Source: an uncultured Kiritimatiellota bacterium (GTDB lineage Bacteria; Verrucomicrobiota; Kiritimatiellia; RFP12; UBA1067). Taken from it: a stretch of 64,000 bases of DNA. Each line of letters starts with the position of its first letter. The stretch's first letter is position 1. The position numbers were made by a program, and so were the translations under genes. The notes beneath the pieces were generated by a model. It was not told the origin of the DNA. It was given only the letters and a program-made list of their open reading frames with translations, and ran no database searches. Positions 1 to 9,008 of this stretch are shown piece by piece. Location of the stretch: contig CAKTYZ010000003.1 of the NCBI GenBank assembly GCA_934635225.1, forward strand, positions 99,210 through 163,209. Direction: 5' to 3'.

Positions 1-404
1 CGGAACGTCATTTCGCCTTGGGTCAGCGTCACCTCGCCCTCGGCCCAGCCGCTCTTGGTCTGGCGGTCAATGACACAGCTCTCCGCCTCCAGAAGAAAAT
101 CCAACGACTTGTCCGCCTTGAACGCATGCACCGTCACGCCCCCGGCCCAGACAAGACCCGTATTCAGGAAATACTGGACCTTCTTCGCCTGCACGGAGAC
201 TTTCACCGCACCGTCCGGAAACGTCTCGACCGGCAGAACCACGTCTTCGGCCGGCGTCTGAAGGTCTCGCAGACACTGCTGGTAGGCTTTGCGAAGGCGC
301 GTGACTTCCTGGGAGAGGTCTTCGCGCCGTTCAAGCCATGCCGTCGAGTCGAACGCGCATGCGCTCGTCGTCAGGAGAAGCGGAACTATGGCGAGAAACC
401 TCAC
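1..404 (-). CDS. hypothetical lipoprotein, 3' partial; apparent GTG start overlapping the kdsA stop
   Basis: My own minus-strand translation of 404->1 is open with no stops: (V/M)RFLAIVPLLLTTSAC AFDSTAWLERREDLSQEVTRLRKAYQQC...GEVTLTQGEMTF. LLLTTSAC is a lipobox-like signal. GTG at 404-402 overlaps the kdsA TGA (GTGA). It is absent from the ORF track because there is no ATG and it runs off the window edge. Confidence 0.3.
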   Translation of the reverse strand, partial: MRFLAIVPLLLTTSACAFDSTAWLERREDLSQEVTRLRKAYQQCLRDLQTPAEDVVLPVETFPDGAVKVSVQAKKVQYFLNTGLVWAGGVTVHAFKADKSLDFLLEAESCVIDRQTKSGWAEGEVTLTQGEMTF

Positions 405-1219
405 GAATGGACAACCTCATGCAACGCCAAGAGCTTTTTCCAAAGAGCCTCGACCTCAGCGAAGCGAATCGCATTTGCCGCGTCGCTCTTGGCAACCTTC
501 GGATTGACGTGCGTCTCCATGAAAACACCGTCCACGCCCGTCGCAACCGCCGCGCGAGCCAATGCCGGCGCGTACTTGCCGTCACCGCCCGACCCTGTTC
601 CAAGGCCACCCGGACGCTGCACCGCATGCGTCGCGTCCATGACGACCGGATAGCCCAGTTCGCGCATGATCAGCAACGAACGCATATCGGCGACCAGATT
701 GCGATAACCAAAGGAACTGCCGCGTTCACACAAGACGATGCGGCGGTTTCCCGTCGATTCGATCTTGCGAACGACTTGTGCCATATCCTCCGGCGCCATG
801 AACTGGCCTTTCTTCACGTTTACGACAGCCCCCGTCTCGCCCGCCGCGACAACGAGATCCGTCTGGCGCGCCAGAAACGCGGGAATCTGAAGGACGTCGC
901 AGACCTCTGCGGCCCGTGCGCACTGCCAAGGCTCGTGGACATCCGTAAGGACGGGAACGTCAAACTTCTCGCGGATCTCGGCAAGAACCTCAAGCCCCTT
1001 GTCGATCCCCGGGCCTCGAAAGGAGTCCACGCTCGTGCGGTTCGCCTTGTCAAAACTCGCCTTGAAGACATAACCGACCTTCAACTTTGCCGCCAAGGCC
1101 GTCAAACGCTTCGCGAGATCGAGAGCCTGCGCACGCGATTCAATCACGCACGGGCCCGCAATGAACGTGAGCCTCCCGTCACCGAATACGATGCCTTTAT
1201 CGACTTGAACTTTCCTCAT
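401..1219 (-). CDS. kdsA: 3-deoxy-8-phosphooctulonate synthase (KDO8P synthase)
   Basis: 272 aa. Carries the KdsA hallmark LTFIAGPCVIES, then KLKVGYVFKASFDKANRTS and TDVHE. Full-length with a plausible start. Confidence 0.9.
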   Translation of the reverse strand: MRKVQVDKGIVFGDGRLTFIAGPCVIESRAQALDLAKRLTALAAKLKVGYVFKASFDKANRTSVDSFRGPGIDKGLEVLAEIREKFDVPVLTDVHEPWQCARAAEVCDVLQIPAFLARQTDLVVAAGETGAVVNVKKGQFMAPEDMAQVVRKIESTGNRRIVLCERGSSFGYRNLVADMRSLLIMRELGYPVVMDATHAVQRPGGLGTGSGGDGKYAPALARAAVATGVDGVFMETHVNPKVAKSDAANAIRFAEVEALWKKLLALHEVVHS

Positions 1220-1252
1220 GCCGAAGATTATACCAAAACCCCTGAGAAAATA

Positions 1253-2164
1253 CTATGCCGACACCAAATTGCCCGTCAATTCGGAAACCGTCGAAAAACC
1301 ATGGCGCTCGCAATAGGCGACGATGCCGTCATGGACAGCCGCGACAACCCCCGGATCGGTGAAGACGGCCGTTCCAACTGCGACTGCCGTCGCGCCCGCC
1401 AGCAGAAACTCTATCGCGTCCTGAGCCGAATAAACGCCACCCATTGCCAGAATCGGAAGTTTCGAGACCTGATGCGCGTCATAGACAAGTTTCACCGCCG
1501 CCGGATGGACGCCTCGCCCCGAAAGTCCGCCCGTCCGATTCGCCAGGACGGGCACGCGCCGCTCGATGTCAATGACCATCGCTGGAATCGTGTTGATCAT
1601 CGAAAGCGCGTCCGCACCTGCGTCCTCGCACGCCTTCACGTAGGGTACGATGCTCGGCACATTCGGCGCCAACTTCACCAGAAGCGGCAGTTTCGTCGCC
1701 CGCCGGACGGCCGAGACGACCTCGAACAGGACCTTCGGATCCTGTCCGAAGGCATGACCGCCTGCCTTCACGTTCGGACACGAGACATTCATTTCCAACG
1801 CGTCAACCTGATTGCCCAACCGCGCGGCGACAGCCGCATATTCGTCAATCGAGCCGCCCCAGATATTGGCAATCAGCGGCACCTTGGACACTTGGCGATA
1901 CGCCGGCAACGTTTTCGTCAGAAAAAACTCAACGCCCGTTCCCTGCAAGCCGATTGCGTTGACCAGCCCGCCCGGGACTTCCGCGTGGCGCGGCATCGGG
2001 TTGCCCGGCCATGGATCAACGCGAATGCCCTTGGCCGTGACAGCACCCAGCTTCGCATAGTCTACGATGCCAACATACTCCGTCCCGTAGCCGAAGGTTC
2101 CGCTCGCAGTCGCCACGGGCGTCGGCATTTTCAACCCTCCCAAGACAACCTCTGTCTTCACCAT
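1253..2164 (-). CDS. pyrD: dihydroorotate dehydrogenase, class 1B catalytic subunit
   Basis: Internal start MVKTEVVLGG.. gives 304 aa. Motifs LPLLVKLAPN, MINTIP and GLSGRGV are class-1 DHOD FMN-site motifs. It lies directly downstream of pyrK with a 7-nt overlap. Confidence 0.85.
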   Translation of the reverse strand: MVKTEVVLGGLKMPTPVATASGTFGYGTEYVGIVDYAKLGAVTAKGIRVDPWPGNPMPRHAEVPGGLVNAIGLQGTGVEFFLTKTLPAYRQVSKVPLIANIWGGSIDEYAAVAARLGNQVDALEMNVSCPNVKAGGHAFGQDPKVLFEVVSAVRRATKLPLLVKLAPNVPSIVPYVKACEDAGADALSMINTIPAMVIDIERRVPVLANRTGGLSGRGVHPAAVKLVYDAHQVSKLPILAMGGVYSAQDAIEFLLAGATAVAVGTAVFTDPGVVAAVHDGIVAYCERHGFSTVSELTGNLVSA

Positions 2165-2937
2165 ACCAAATCCTCCGCGCGGAACACGGGACCGTCCACA
2201 CAACAGCGCGTATTGCCCTTCACTGTCTTCTGGATGCACGCATAGCACGCGCCAACGCCGCAGATCATGTGGCGGTCTGTCGAAATCCACCCCGGCGCGC
2301 CCAGCGAGACGGCCCGCTCGGACACCGCCTTCAAGAGACCGTCCGGGCCACATGCGAACAGTTCAAACGGCTCGCCCGACGCCCGCAAGCGTTTGAGGTC
2401 TTCGTCCAACGGCACGACGGCAAACCCTTTCGTTCCGTACGACCCGTCGTTCGTCGTGGCAAAGACCTCGACGCCCAGCGCGGCAAACCGATCCAAGGCC
2501 AGCAAATCCTCCCGCGTGCGTCCTCCGACGAAGAGCCTGGGGGGGAGAGATCCTGCCTTGAGGAGTCGTCGCGCAAGGAAATAGAGCGGCGCAACGCCAT
2601 AGCCCCCGCCTACAAGCAGAGCTGCGCCCGAACAAGTCTCCGGGAAGCCCTTTCCGAGAGGCCCCAGAACCTCGACTGTCTCGCCTGGCTTCACGGCGTT
2701 CAACGCAGCCGTGCCGCGGCCAACCGTCTTGTAGAGAAGTTCAAGCCGCCCGTCTTCGGCATTGAAGATCGAAAACGGACGTCGCAAGGCGCTCGTCTCC
2801 AGCGCGGGGACTTTCACGTGCACAAACTGTCCCGGGTGCGCATCAGCCGCAATCTGCGGCGCCGCGAGAACCAACAGCCGATAGCCAGGGCCGCAATCCT
2901 CATGAAGAATGACTTTTGTCGATTCGTTGCCTCTCAT
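2158..2937 (-). CDS. pyrK: dihydroorotate dehydrogenase electron-transfer subunit
   Basis: FAD/NAD-binding ferredoxin-reductase fold (RRPFSI, GPLGKGF, LLVGGGYGVAPL). C-terminal CGVGACYAC...C is the 2Fe-2S ligand motif. Start taken at M9 (MRGNESTK) because an AAGGA SD sits 9 nt upstream; M1 at 2961 is the alternative. Confidence 0.8.
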   Translation of the reverse strand: MRGNESTKVILHEDCGPGYRLLVLAAPQIAADAHPGQFVHVKVPALETSALRRPFSIFNAEDGRLELLYKTVGRGTAALNAVKPGETVEVLGPLGKGFPETCSGAALLVGGGYGVAPLYFLARRLLKAGSLPPRLFVGGRTREDLLALDRFAALGVEVFATTNDGSYGTKGFAVVPLDEDLKRLRASGEPFELFACGPDGLLKAVSERAVSLGAPGWISTDRHMICGVGACYACIQKTVKGNTRCCVDGPVFRAEDLVW

Positions 2938-2941
2938 GTTT

Positions 2942-3547
2942 TCAGTCCTTGATTCGGACACGCTGCATCACAGTCTTCAACGCAAGCCACATATCCTGCT
3001 TGACCTTCTTGAGAGCCGGCGTCACAGTCGAAAAGCGAACAATCTCTTCAGGAGACTTCACGAACAGGACGTCCTTGCCCTTCGGCGACTTCAGCCAATG
3101 GTTTTCCTCTCCACGAAGCCCCGGCATGTACTTCGCGAGCGCAGTCCGCCCGAGGAAGACGAAAAACCGCGCATTCGGAATCGGCGGCGTGACGACAATC
3201 GGCGCCGTCTCAGGCGACTTTCCCATCGCTGGGATGATCTTCGCCATCATTTCGGTGGCTTTTGGCGAAAGGGGCCTGTCCGCGATGAAAACAAAGTCCA
3301 GCAGGGCTTTTGTCCCGACGGGTCCTTGCATTTCTGCAACTCGCGCCTTATCCATCCCGCGCGGCGACGACTTCGGCGGCTTAACCGCCCCCATCGGCGA
3401 AGGATCCTTCCGCTCCGCCGTCTCAAGCCTCGGAGCCGGCTCCAGCAACATGCGGTCGATTTCGACCGTCCGGATGCCAAGTTCGCGCACGAGCCCAAGG
3501 TAATCCTCGAGCCCGTCGAGCACGAACCTCAGCACCTCGTCGTTCAT
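2942..3547 (-). CDS. uracil-DNA glycosylase superfamily (family-4-like) protein, putative
   Basis: About 200 aa. Loose resemblance to UDG family 4 (FVFIADRP.. block, C-terminal TVTPAL..). Weak, and the catalytic motifs are non-canonical. Start at MNDEVL, just after the galE stop. Confidence 0.35.
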   Translation of the reverse strand: MNDEVLRFVLDGLEDYLGLVRELGIRTVEIDRMLLEPAPRLETAERKDPSPMGAVKPPKSSPRGMDKARVAEMQGPVGTKALLDFVFIADRPLSPKATEMMAKIIPAMGKSPETAPIVVTPPIPNARFFVFLGRTALAKYMPGLRGEENHWLKSPKGKDVLFVKSPEEIVRFSTVTPALKKVKQDMWLALKTVMQRVRIKD

Positions 3548-4581
3548 CCTTCTTTCGGTCTGCTGTAGCCGTACGGATTCTTTTCCTGCCAGCGCCAAGC
3601 ATCGGCGCACATCTCGTCAATGCCGCGCTCGGCCTTCCAGCCAAGTTCCTTGAGCGCGAGCGCCGGATCCGCCCAGCACTCCGCAATGTCACCCGGACGA
3701 CGCGGACAGATCTTGTACGGGACGGGACGACCCGAAGCCTTCTCGAAGGCTTTCACGACCTGAAGGACCGAATAGCCGTTCCCCGTGCCGAGGTTGTAGA
3801 CCTTAAGTCCAAGTTTCGGCTCCTTCTCAAGCTTCTCAATCGCCTTCAAGTGGCCAATCGCCAGATCAACGACATGGATGTAGTCGCGCACGCCCGTGCC
3901 GTCCGGCGTCGGGTAGTCATTTCCGAAGACATTGAGTTCGGGACGACGGCCGACAGCAACCTGCGCAACATACGGCAAAAGGTTGTTCGGGATGCCCGTC
4001 GGATCTTCACCGATGAGACCCGAGGCATGTGCGCCAATCGGGTTGAAGTAGCGCAACAGAATCACGTTCCACGCGGAATCGGCCTTCTGAACGTCTTTGA
4101 AGACCTGCTCCATCATGAGCTTCGTCCACCCATAGGGATTCGTGCAACCCGGCGTCGGGAAGTCTTCGCGAATCGGCACAGACTTCGGTTCGCCGTAAAC
4201 AGTCGCTGACGACGAAAAGACGATGTTCTTGCAGTTGTGGTCCGACAGGCACTTCAACAGCGTGAACGTTCCGCCAAGGTTGTTGTTGTAGTACTTGAGA
4301 GGTATCTTCGTCGATTCTCCGACAGCCTTCAGGGCCGCGAAGTGAATCGTCGCCTGAAACGGAGCTTCCTTGTCCAAAATGGCATTGAGCTTCTTCTCGT
4401 CCCGAATGTCAGCCTTGTAGAAGGCCGGGGACTTGCCGGCAATGCGCTTGACGCGTGCCAACGACTTGCGCGAACTGTTGCAGAGATTGTCAACGACGAC
4501 AACCTCATGCCCCGCATTCAAGAGTTCGACAACCGTGTGGCTGCCAATGTATCCGGCGCCGCCTGTAACCAGAATCTTCAT
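3544..4581 (-). CDS. galE: UDP-glucose 4-epimerase
   Basis: MKILVTGGAGYIGSH (Rossmann) and the YxxxK region (PYGWTKLMME), with GalE-like length and motifs. Start preceded by the SD AAGGAAAGGAAGGG. Confidence 0.85.
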   Translation of the reverse strand: MKILVTGGAGYIGSHTVVELLNAGHEVVVVDNLCNSSRKSLARVKRIAGKSPAFYKADIRDEKKLNAILDKEAPFQATIHFAALKAVGESTKIPLKYYNNNLGGTFTLLKCLSDHNCKNIVFSSSATVYGEPKSVPIREDFPTPGCTNPYGWTKLMMEQVFKDVQKADSAWNVILLRYFNPIGAHASGLIGEDPTGIPNNLLPYVAQVAVGRRPELNVFGNDYPTPDGTGVRDYIHVVDLAIGHLKAIEKLEKEPKLGLKVYNLGTGNGYSVLQVVKAFEKASGRPVPYKICPRRPGDIAECWADPALALKELGWKAERGIDEMCADAWRWQEKNPYGYSRPKEG

Positions 4582-4652
4582 GACCAACCCTTCCTTTCCT
4601 TGATAAGGTTCTTGGATTATACCATATTTAGCTGCCGCATAGGCAACCCCGG

Positions 4653-6734
4653 TCAAGACTTCATCTTGCCGAAGATGTTGCCGTAGCGGTTGACGTTCAA
4701 GGCCTCGACGAACGAGGCGATCTTCGTCACCGTCGAACACGGGTCAATCGATACGTCCATGCAATCGCCCTCCAGCGTGAGAAGCGGCACGTTGATCGAA
4801 TCAAGCTCTTCGCGCAGGTGCTTCGAAAGCGCACGGTCTGCGAGCGAGCAACGCCCGAAGCCATGCGTATAGAGAATGACGCCGTTAAACTGTCCAGCCG
4901 GGACGGCGCGCTTGACGTACTCGACACGAAGTTCGGGATCCAGAAAACCAGACTGCAGAAGCTTCTTTGCCAGTGAACGATACGGATCTTTCGGGTTCAA
5001 CGGCTCCCAGCCAACGAAGTTCGTCTCCTCAAAGACAATCGGCGCGTTGCACGTCGTCTCGATGTAGTCAAGATGCCGCGTGTCATAAAACGGCGGCAGG
5101 TGAAGCCAGAGAAGACGATGCGTGTCACCGATCGAATAGCGCTTCTCGGCCCATTCCTTCTTCATCTGCAACTCTTCCAGATACGCCTTCTGGATGTCCA
5201 CGAGCTCCTGCCGTCCCCAAAGCTGAGAAAAGACAATCGCGTTGTAGACCGCCTCGCTGCCTCGCACAAGCGGCGGCGACGTGAAGCGGAGCTCCTGGCA
5301 TTTCTTCGCGAGCGTAGCGGCCTCGTTTGAGAGGACGCACGCCTCTTCGAGCCGTGCCGGATCAAGCTTGCGGCCAAACGCCCTCTCCATTTCGGAGACG
5401 GCTTCAGCCAACCCGTCCGCCATCATCTCGACAGCGTTGCGCGAATGCGCGTTGATCGGCGTCTGAAGCGAATAGAGCCTGTTCGTAATCTTGTGTTCGC
5501 GCGCGAGATCGGCGAAAACGCGCTCTGCCTGCTGGCAGGGCTGGACGGTCGAGACAATGTAATCGGGCTTTTCAAGATCCATGCCCTCCAGCATGCGCAG
5601 GAACGAGCATGTCTGCCCGTCGAACCCCTTCTGCGCGGCACGTCCGAGAGCTTCCTTCACCTTGTCCGCCCGGCGCCCAAAGAGCGCGGCATACGTCTCC
5701 AGCGTGCGGACACGGCAGTCCATTGCGTTCAGGATCTCCGTCGGGAAGAAGAGGTTCCGCCAAACCAGGGGTTTTGTCGTGTCCTTTGAGAAGAAATCAT
5801 GCTTGGTCGATTTGATGCGCAGGAGAACCGACTTGCCGCGCGTCGGCTCATATTCGACCTTTGCGAGGTCGAGATGCCCGGACTTCTTGAGGCTCTCCAG
5901 CTGCTTCGCGATAACCGCCGCGCCGAGGGCTCCCATCACCTCGTGATATTGCGGAATGATGATTTCGCTGCCCGTCAGCTTGCCAAGGAAGTAGGCCACC
6001 GCCTTGTTGAACGCAACACCTCCCTGAAAGAGGATCTTCCGCCCCGGGGCGTTCAGGAGAAGCTGCCCGACCGAATTCAAGATCGTCCTCGCCTGTGCCT
6101 TGCACGCACCCGCAAGGAGGTCCCCGATCGGCACACGATTCTTGAACTTGTTGATTGACGTCGCCGAAAGAACGGCACAGACGGAGCTGAATTCCGTCTT
6201 CGAGTCGTAGTTCACGTGTTCGGCGACCTCTTCAATCTTGACGCCAAGCTTCTGGGCGACGGAATCGAGGAAACTCCCCGTGCCCGCCGCGCAAACGCCG
6301 CTCATCATGCTCGTCCAGAGATTCATCGGCGGATTGTAGACCATGCATTTTGAATCCTGTCCGCCGCAGTCAATGATTGCGTCCACATCCGGGTGCAGGA
6401 ACTTCGCACCCGCGACATGCGCTGTCACTTCACTGACCTGAAAGTCGTAAGGGATGAACTTCTTCGTATCCTCGACGATCTGGCTGCCAGTAACGACGAT
6501 TGCGGCAATCTGGTCGAAACTCGTGCCCGCGACTTTGAGGAACTCAAGCGCAAGGCGCTTGACCGCGCCACCGGAACACCGTCCGCAAGCATTGCATTGT
6601 CCCGTACAAGAGACTTTCCCGGACTCGACAGGTTGCGTGCGCTTGTAAACAGAGCGGAGAACCTTGCCGTCTTCTGCGAGAAGAACGGCCTTGAAGGTCG
6701 TGGAGCCAATGTCGATGCCAAGATAGGTTTTCAT
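4653..6734 (-). CDS. fusion protein: BadF/BadG/BcrA/BcrD-type ATPase (acyl-CoA dehydratase activase) N-domain plus 2-hydroxyglutaryl-CoA dehydratase D-component (HgdB)-like C-domain
   Basis: 693 aa. N-terminal MKTYLGIDIGSTTFKAVL sugar-kinase/HSP70-fold ATPase with Cys-rich cluster ligands. The C-terminal roughly 400 aa resemble the HgdB/YjiM family. SD AAGGA upstream. Confidence 0.6.
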   Translation of the reverse strand: MKTYLGIDIGSTTFKAVLLAEDGKVLRSVYKRTQPVESGKVSCTGQCNACGRCSGGAVKRLALEFLKVAGTSFDQIAAIVVTGSQIVEDTKKFIPYDFQVSEVTAHVAGAKFLHPDVDAIIDCGGQDSKCMVYNPPMNLWTSMMSGVCAAGTGSFLDSVAQKLGVKIEEVAEHVNYDSKTEFSSVCAVLSATSINKFKNRVPIGDLLAGACKAQARTILNSVGQLLLNAPGRKILFQGGVAFNKAVAYFLGKLTGSEIIIPQYHEVMGALGAAVIAKQLESLKKSGHLDLAKVEYEPTRGKSVLLRIKSTKHDFFSKDTTKPLVWRNLFFPTEILNAMDCRVRTLETYAALFGRRADKVKEALGRAAQKGFDGQTCSFLRMLEGMDLEKPDYIVSTVQPCQQAERVFADLAREHKITNRLYSLQTPINAHSRNAVEMMADGLAEAVSEMERAFGRKLDPARLEEACVLSNEAATLAKKCQELRFTSPPLVRGSEAVYNAIVFSQLWGRQELVDIQKAYLEELQMKKEWAEKRYSIGDTHRLLWLHLPPFYDTRHLDYIETTCNAPIVFEETNFVGWEPLNPKDPYRSLAKKLLQSGFLDPELRVEYVKRAVPAGQFNGVILYTHGFGRCSLADRALSKHLREELDSINVPLLTLEGDCMDVSIDPCSTVTKIASFVEALNVNRYGNIFGKMKS

Positions 6735-6888
6735 GAAGCCGATTCCTTAAATGAGCGCGTATTATAACATAATTTAGCGGAAAGCGTCTTCCGTTCGTCC
6801 AAACTCAACATTCGACACGGCATCTCGGCGTCAAGATGTCCGACATTGCGGCGCCCGTCACAAAGGCGCAGGAGACGCGCTTCCCCCG

Positions 6889-8379
6889 TCAGTCCTTCTG
6901 CGGACGGTAGACGGGCGCGAGCGCGTCGTGAATGCGGCGATAGCAAGTAAAGAGATGATCGTATCGCGCCACTGCCTCAGGATCGGGTCGAATCGTGCGA
7001 TCGATATGCAGGCATTTCGCGACGGCATCCTTCACGTCCGCAAAAAGACCGATTCCCGTCCCAGCCAAGAGGCAGGCTCCAAAACTCGCGTCTCCGGGCG
7101 TCGGGACGGCAACTTCACAGTTGAAAACATTCGTGACGATCTCGCTCCAAAGCGTCGAGCGTGCGCCGCCGCCAATCAGGAAGATGCGCTTCACGGCAAG
7201 ACGCATCTCTTCCAGCGTTCGGTAGCAGTCCCTGAGCGAATAGGCGACGCCTTCCATCAACGCGCGCGAAAAGTCACCACGCGTTGAAGAGATCGAGACA
7301 CCCGTAAACGAGGCGCGCAAGTTCGAGTCCCAGTAGGGGCATCGCTCGCCCTGAAGATAGGGGTGAAAGAAGATGCCGTTCGCGCCAATCGGAGAGTTCT
7401 TCGCCTCCGCGCCCATCACTTCCCAGACGTTCCGCCCGTCAAGGGACTCTTTGTAGAAGTTGTCACGAAACCACCGCTGGCAGAGGGCCGCTGAGTTCGT
7501 CGCGCTGACCGAGTACCACATGCCCGGAACGATGTGCGAATAGGTGAGCGTCTTCGGATGCGGATGAGCCTCGGCCGTCATGGCATTGACGTTCCCCGCC
7601 GTCGCGAGCTTGATGATGAGGTCACCCGGCTCGACGGCACCCGCACCATAGTCTTCGACCGCGCTGTCGGACGAGCCACAGACAACTGGCATCCCCTCAG
7701 GAAGCCCCGTCGCGGCAGCCGCCTCAGCCGTCACGCCGCCCACGACATCCGTCGGATTCACTAGAGGCGGCAATGCAGACATCTTCAGCCCAGCAAGCGC
7801 AACCAGCTCAGGGCTCCAACACGCCTTCTTCATATCCCAGAAAAGCGTACCCTGCGCCTCGATGCCATCCGTCGCGACATGTCCTGTCAGCAGATAGCGC
7901 ACATAATCCTTCACAAAAAGGACATGCTCCGTCTTCTTGAGGACATCCGGCTCGTTCGCCTTCAGCCACATCATCTGAGGGAGCGTCCATGTCGGCGCGG
8001 GCATCTGGTAGCACGTTGAGAAGACCTTCTCGCCCCATCCCGCCTTCAACGCCGCGCATTCTGACGTCGCCCGCTGGTCCGTCCACATGATTGTCCGCCG
8101 GACGGGCTTCAATGCCGCGTCGAGCAACACGGCGTTGTGCGTCGAGCCGTCCAGCGCACAAGCCGCGACAGACTTGAGGTCAACGCCCTTCTCCGCAAGC
8201 TTCCCAAGGGATGCGCAAAGCGCCGCCCACCAATCGGACGGCGTCTGCTCGCTCCATCCCGGATGCTCGTGGAAAGTCGCAAATTCCGTTGATGCCTCGC
8301 CGACAAAACGTCCCTTCTCGTCAAGAACCGTCGTCTTACACCCACCGGTGCCGTAGTCAATGCCCAAAAGTAGTTTCAT
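6889..8379 (-). CDS. FGGY-family carbohydrate kinase (xylulokinase/glycerol-kinase-like)
   Basis: 496 aa. MKLLLGIDYGTGGCKT N-terminal FGGY motif. A C-terminal FGGY_C-like region (GGGARS..W) is present. SD AAGGGAG. Confidence 0.75.
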   Translation of the reverse strand: MKLLLGIDYGTGGCKTTVLDEKGRFVGEASTEFATFHEHPGWSEQTPSDWWAALCASLGKLAEKGVDLKSVAACALDGSTHNAVLLDAALKPVRRTIMWTDQRATSECAALKAGWGEKVFSTCYQMPAPTWTLPQMMWLKANEPDVLKKTEHVLFVKDYVRYLLTGHVATDGIEAQGTLFWDMKKACWSPELVALAGLKMSALPPLVNPTDVVGGVTAEAAAATGLPEGMPVVCGSSDSAVEDYGAGAVEPGDLIIKLATAGNVNAMTAEAHPHPKTLTYSHIVPGMWYSVSATNSAALCQRWFRDNFYKESLDGRNVWEVMGAEAKNSPIGANGIFFHPYLQGERCPYWDSNLRASFTGVSISSTRGDFSRALMEGVAYSLRDCYRTLEEMRLAVKRIFLIGGGARSTLWSEIVTNVFNCEVAVPTPGDASFGACLLAGTGIGLFADVKDAVAKCLHIDRTIRPDPEAVARYDHLFTCYRRIHDALAPVYRPQKD

Positions 8380-8391
8380 TCTGCTCCCTTT

Positions 8392-9006
8392 TTAGAACAA
8401 TTTGTCCTCAATGGCCGCACAAAGCGCATGATAAACAGGCAAATGCAGTTCCTGGACTCTGTACGTCTCCCGTTCGGGCACGCCGATCACGGCATCCGCC
8501 AGTGCTCCCAGTTGCCCTCCGCCCGCGCCTGTCAAGGCTATGACCTTCAGTCCCTTCGCATGGGCAACACGCGCGGCATTCACGCAGTTCACGCTGTTGC
8601 CGCTCGTGGAAAGAGCAATCAGCACGTCTCCCGGACAGCCAAGGCCCAAGACCTGCTGGGCAAACGCCGTCTCCCAGGAAACGTCATTGGCAAACGCCGT
8701 CAGGATCCCGCACATCGACACGAGCGAAACCGCCGGCAGAGACCCTTCGAGCCGACCGACGAGATCCGACGGCAGATGCGCCGCAAGGTCCGGCGGAATG
8801 CTGCGGCGCTTGCGGAACTTCTTCAGGAGTTCGCCCACGATGTGGTCGGAATCCGACGCGCTCCCGCCATTTCCACAGGTCAACACCTTGCGCCCTGAGC
8901 GAAAACACGTCAACAAAAGATCAAAGGCTTTGACGATCTCGCCTTGACAAACTGCCAACTGCGGATAGCGTTCAATGAGCTCGGAGAGGGTATCGTCCAT
9001 AAGCAT
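8392..9006 (-). CDS. SIS-domain sugar-phosphate isomerase (GmhA / phosphoheptose isomerase-like)
   Basis: 204 aa. VLTCGNGGSASDSDH and LIALSTSGNS are SIS / GmhA motifs. Confidence 0.7.
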   Translation of the reverse strand: MLMDDTLSELIERYPQLAVCQGEIVKAFDLLLTCFRSGRKVLTCGNGGSASDSDHIVGELLKKFRKRRSIPPDLAAHLPSDLVGRLEGSLPAVSLVSMCGILTAFANDVSWETAFAQQVLGLGCPGDVLIALSTSGNSVNCVNAARVAHAKGLKVIALTGAGGGQLGALADAVIGVPERETYRVQELHLPVYHALCAAIEDKLF

Positions 9007-9008
9007 GC

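Noticed and set aside
338-2245. 635-aa plus-strand ORF (and the overlapping 18-653 ORF)
   Set aside because: Antisense to kdsA/pyrD, which have unmistakable motifs. The composition is Arg-rich and typical of out-of-frame high-GC DNA. No recognisable domains.
2942-3610. Strong call of the 2942-3547 gene as a family-4 UDG
   Set aside because: It lacks a canonical GE(G/A)PG motif and the 4Fe-4S Cys pattern. I kept it only as a low-confidence UDG-superfamily-like hypothetical.
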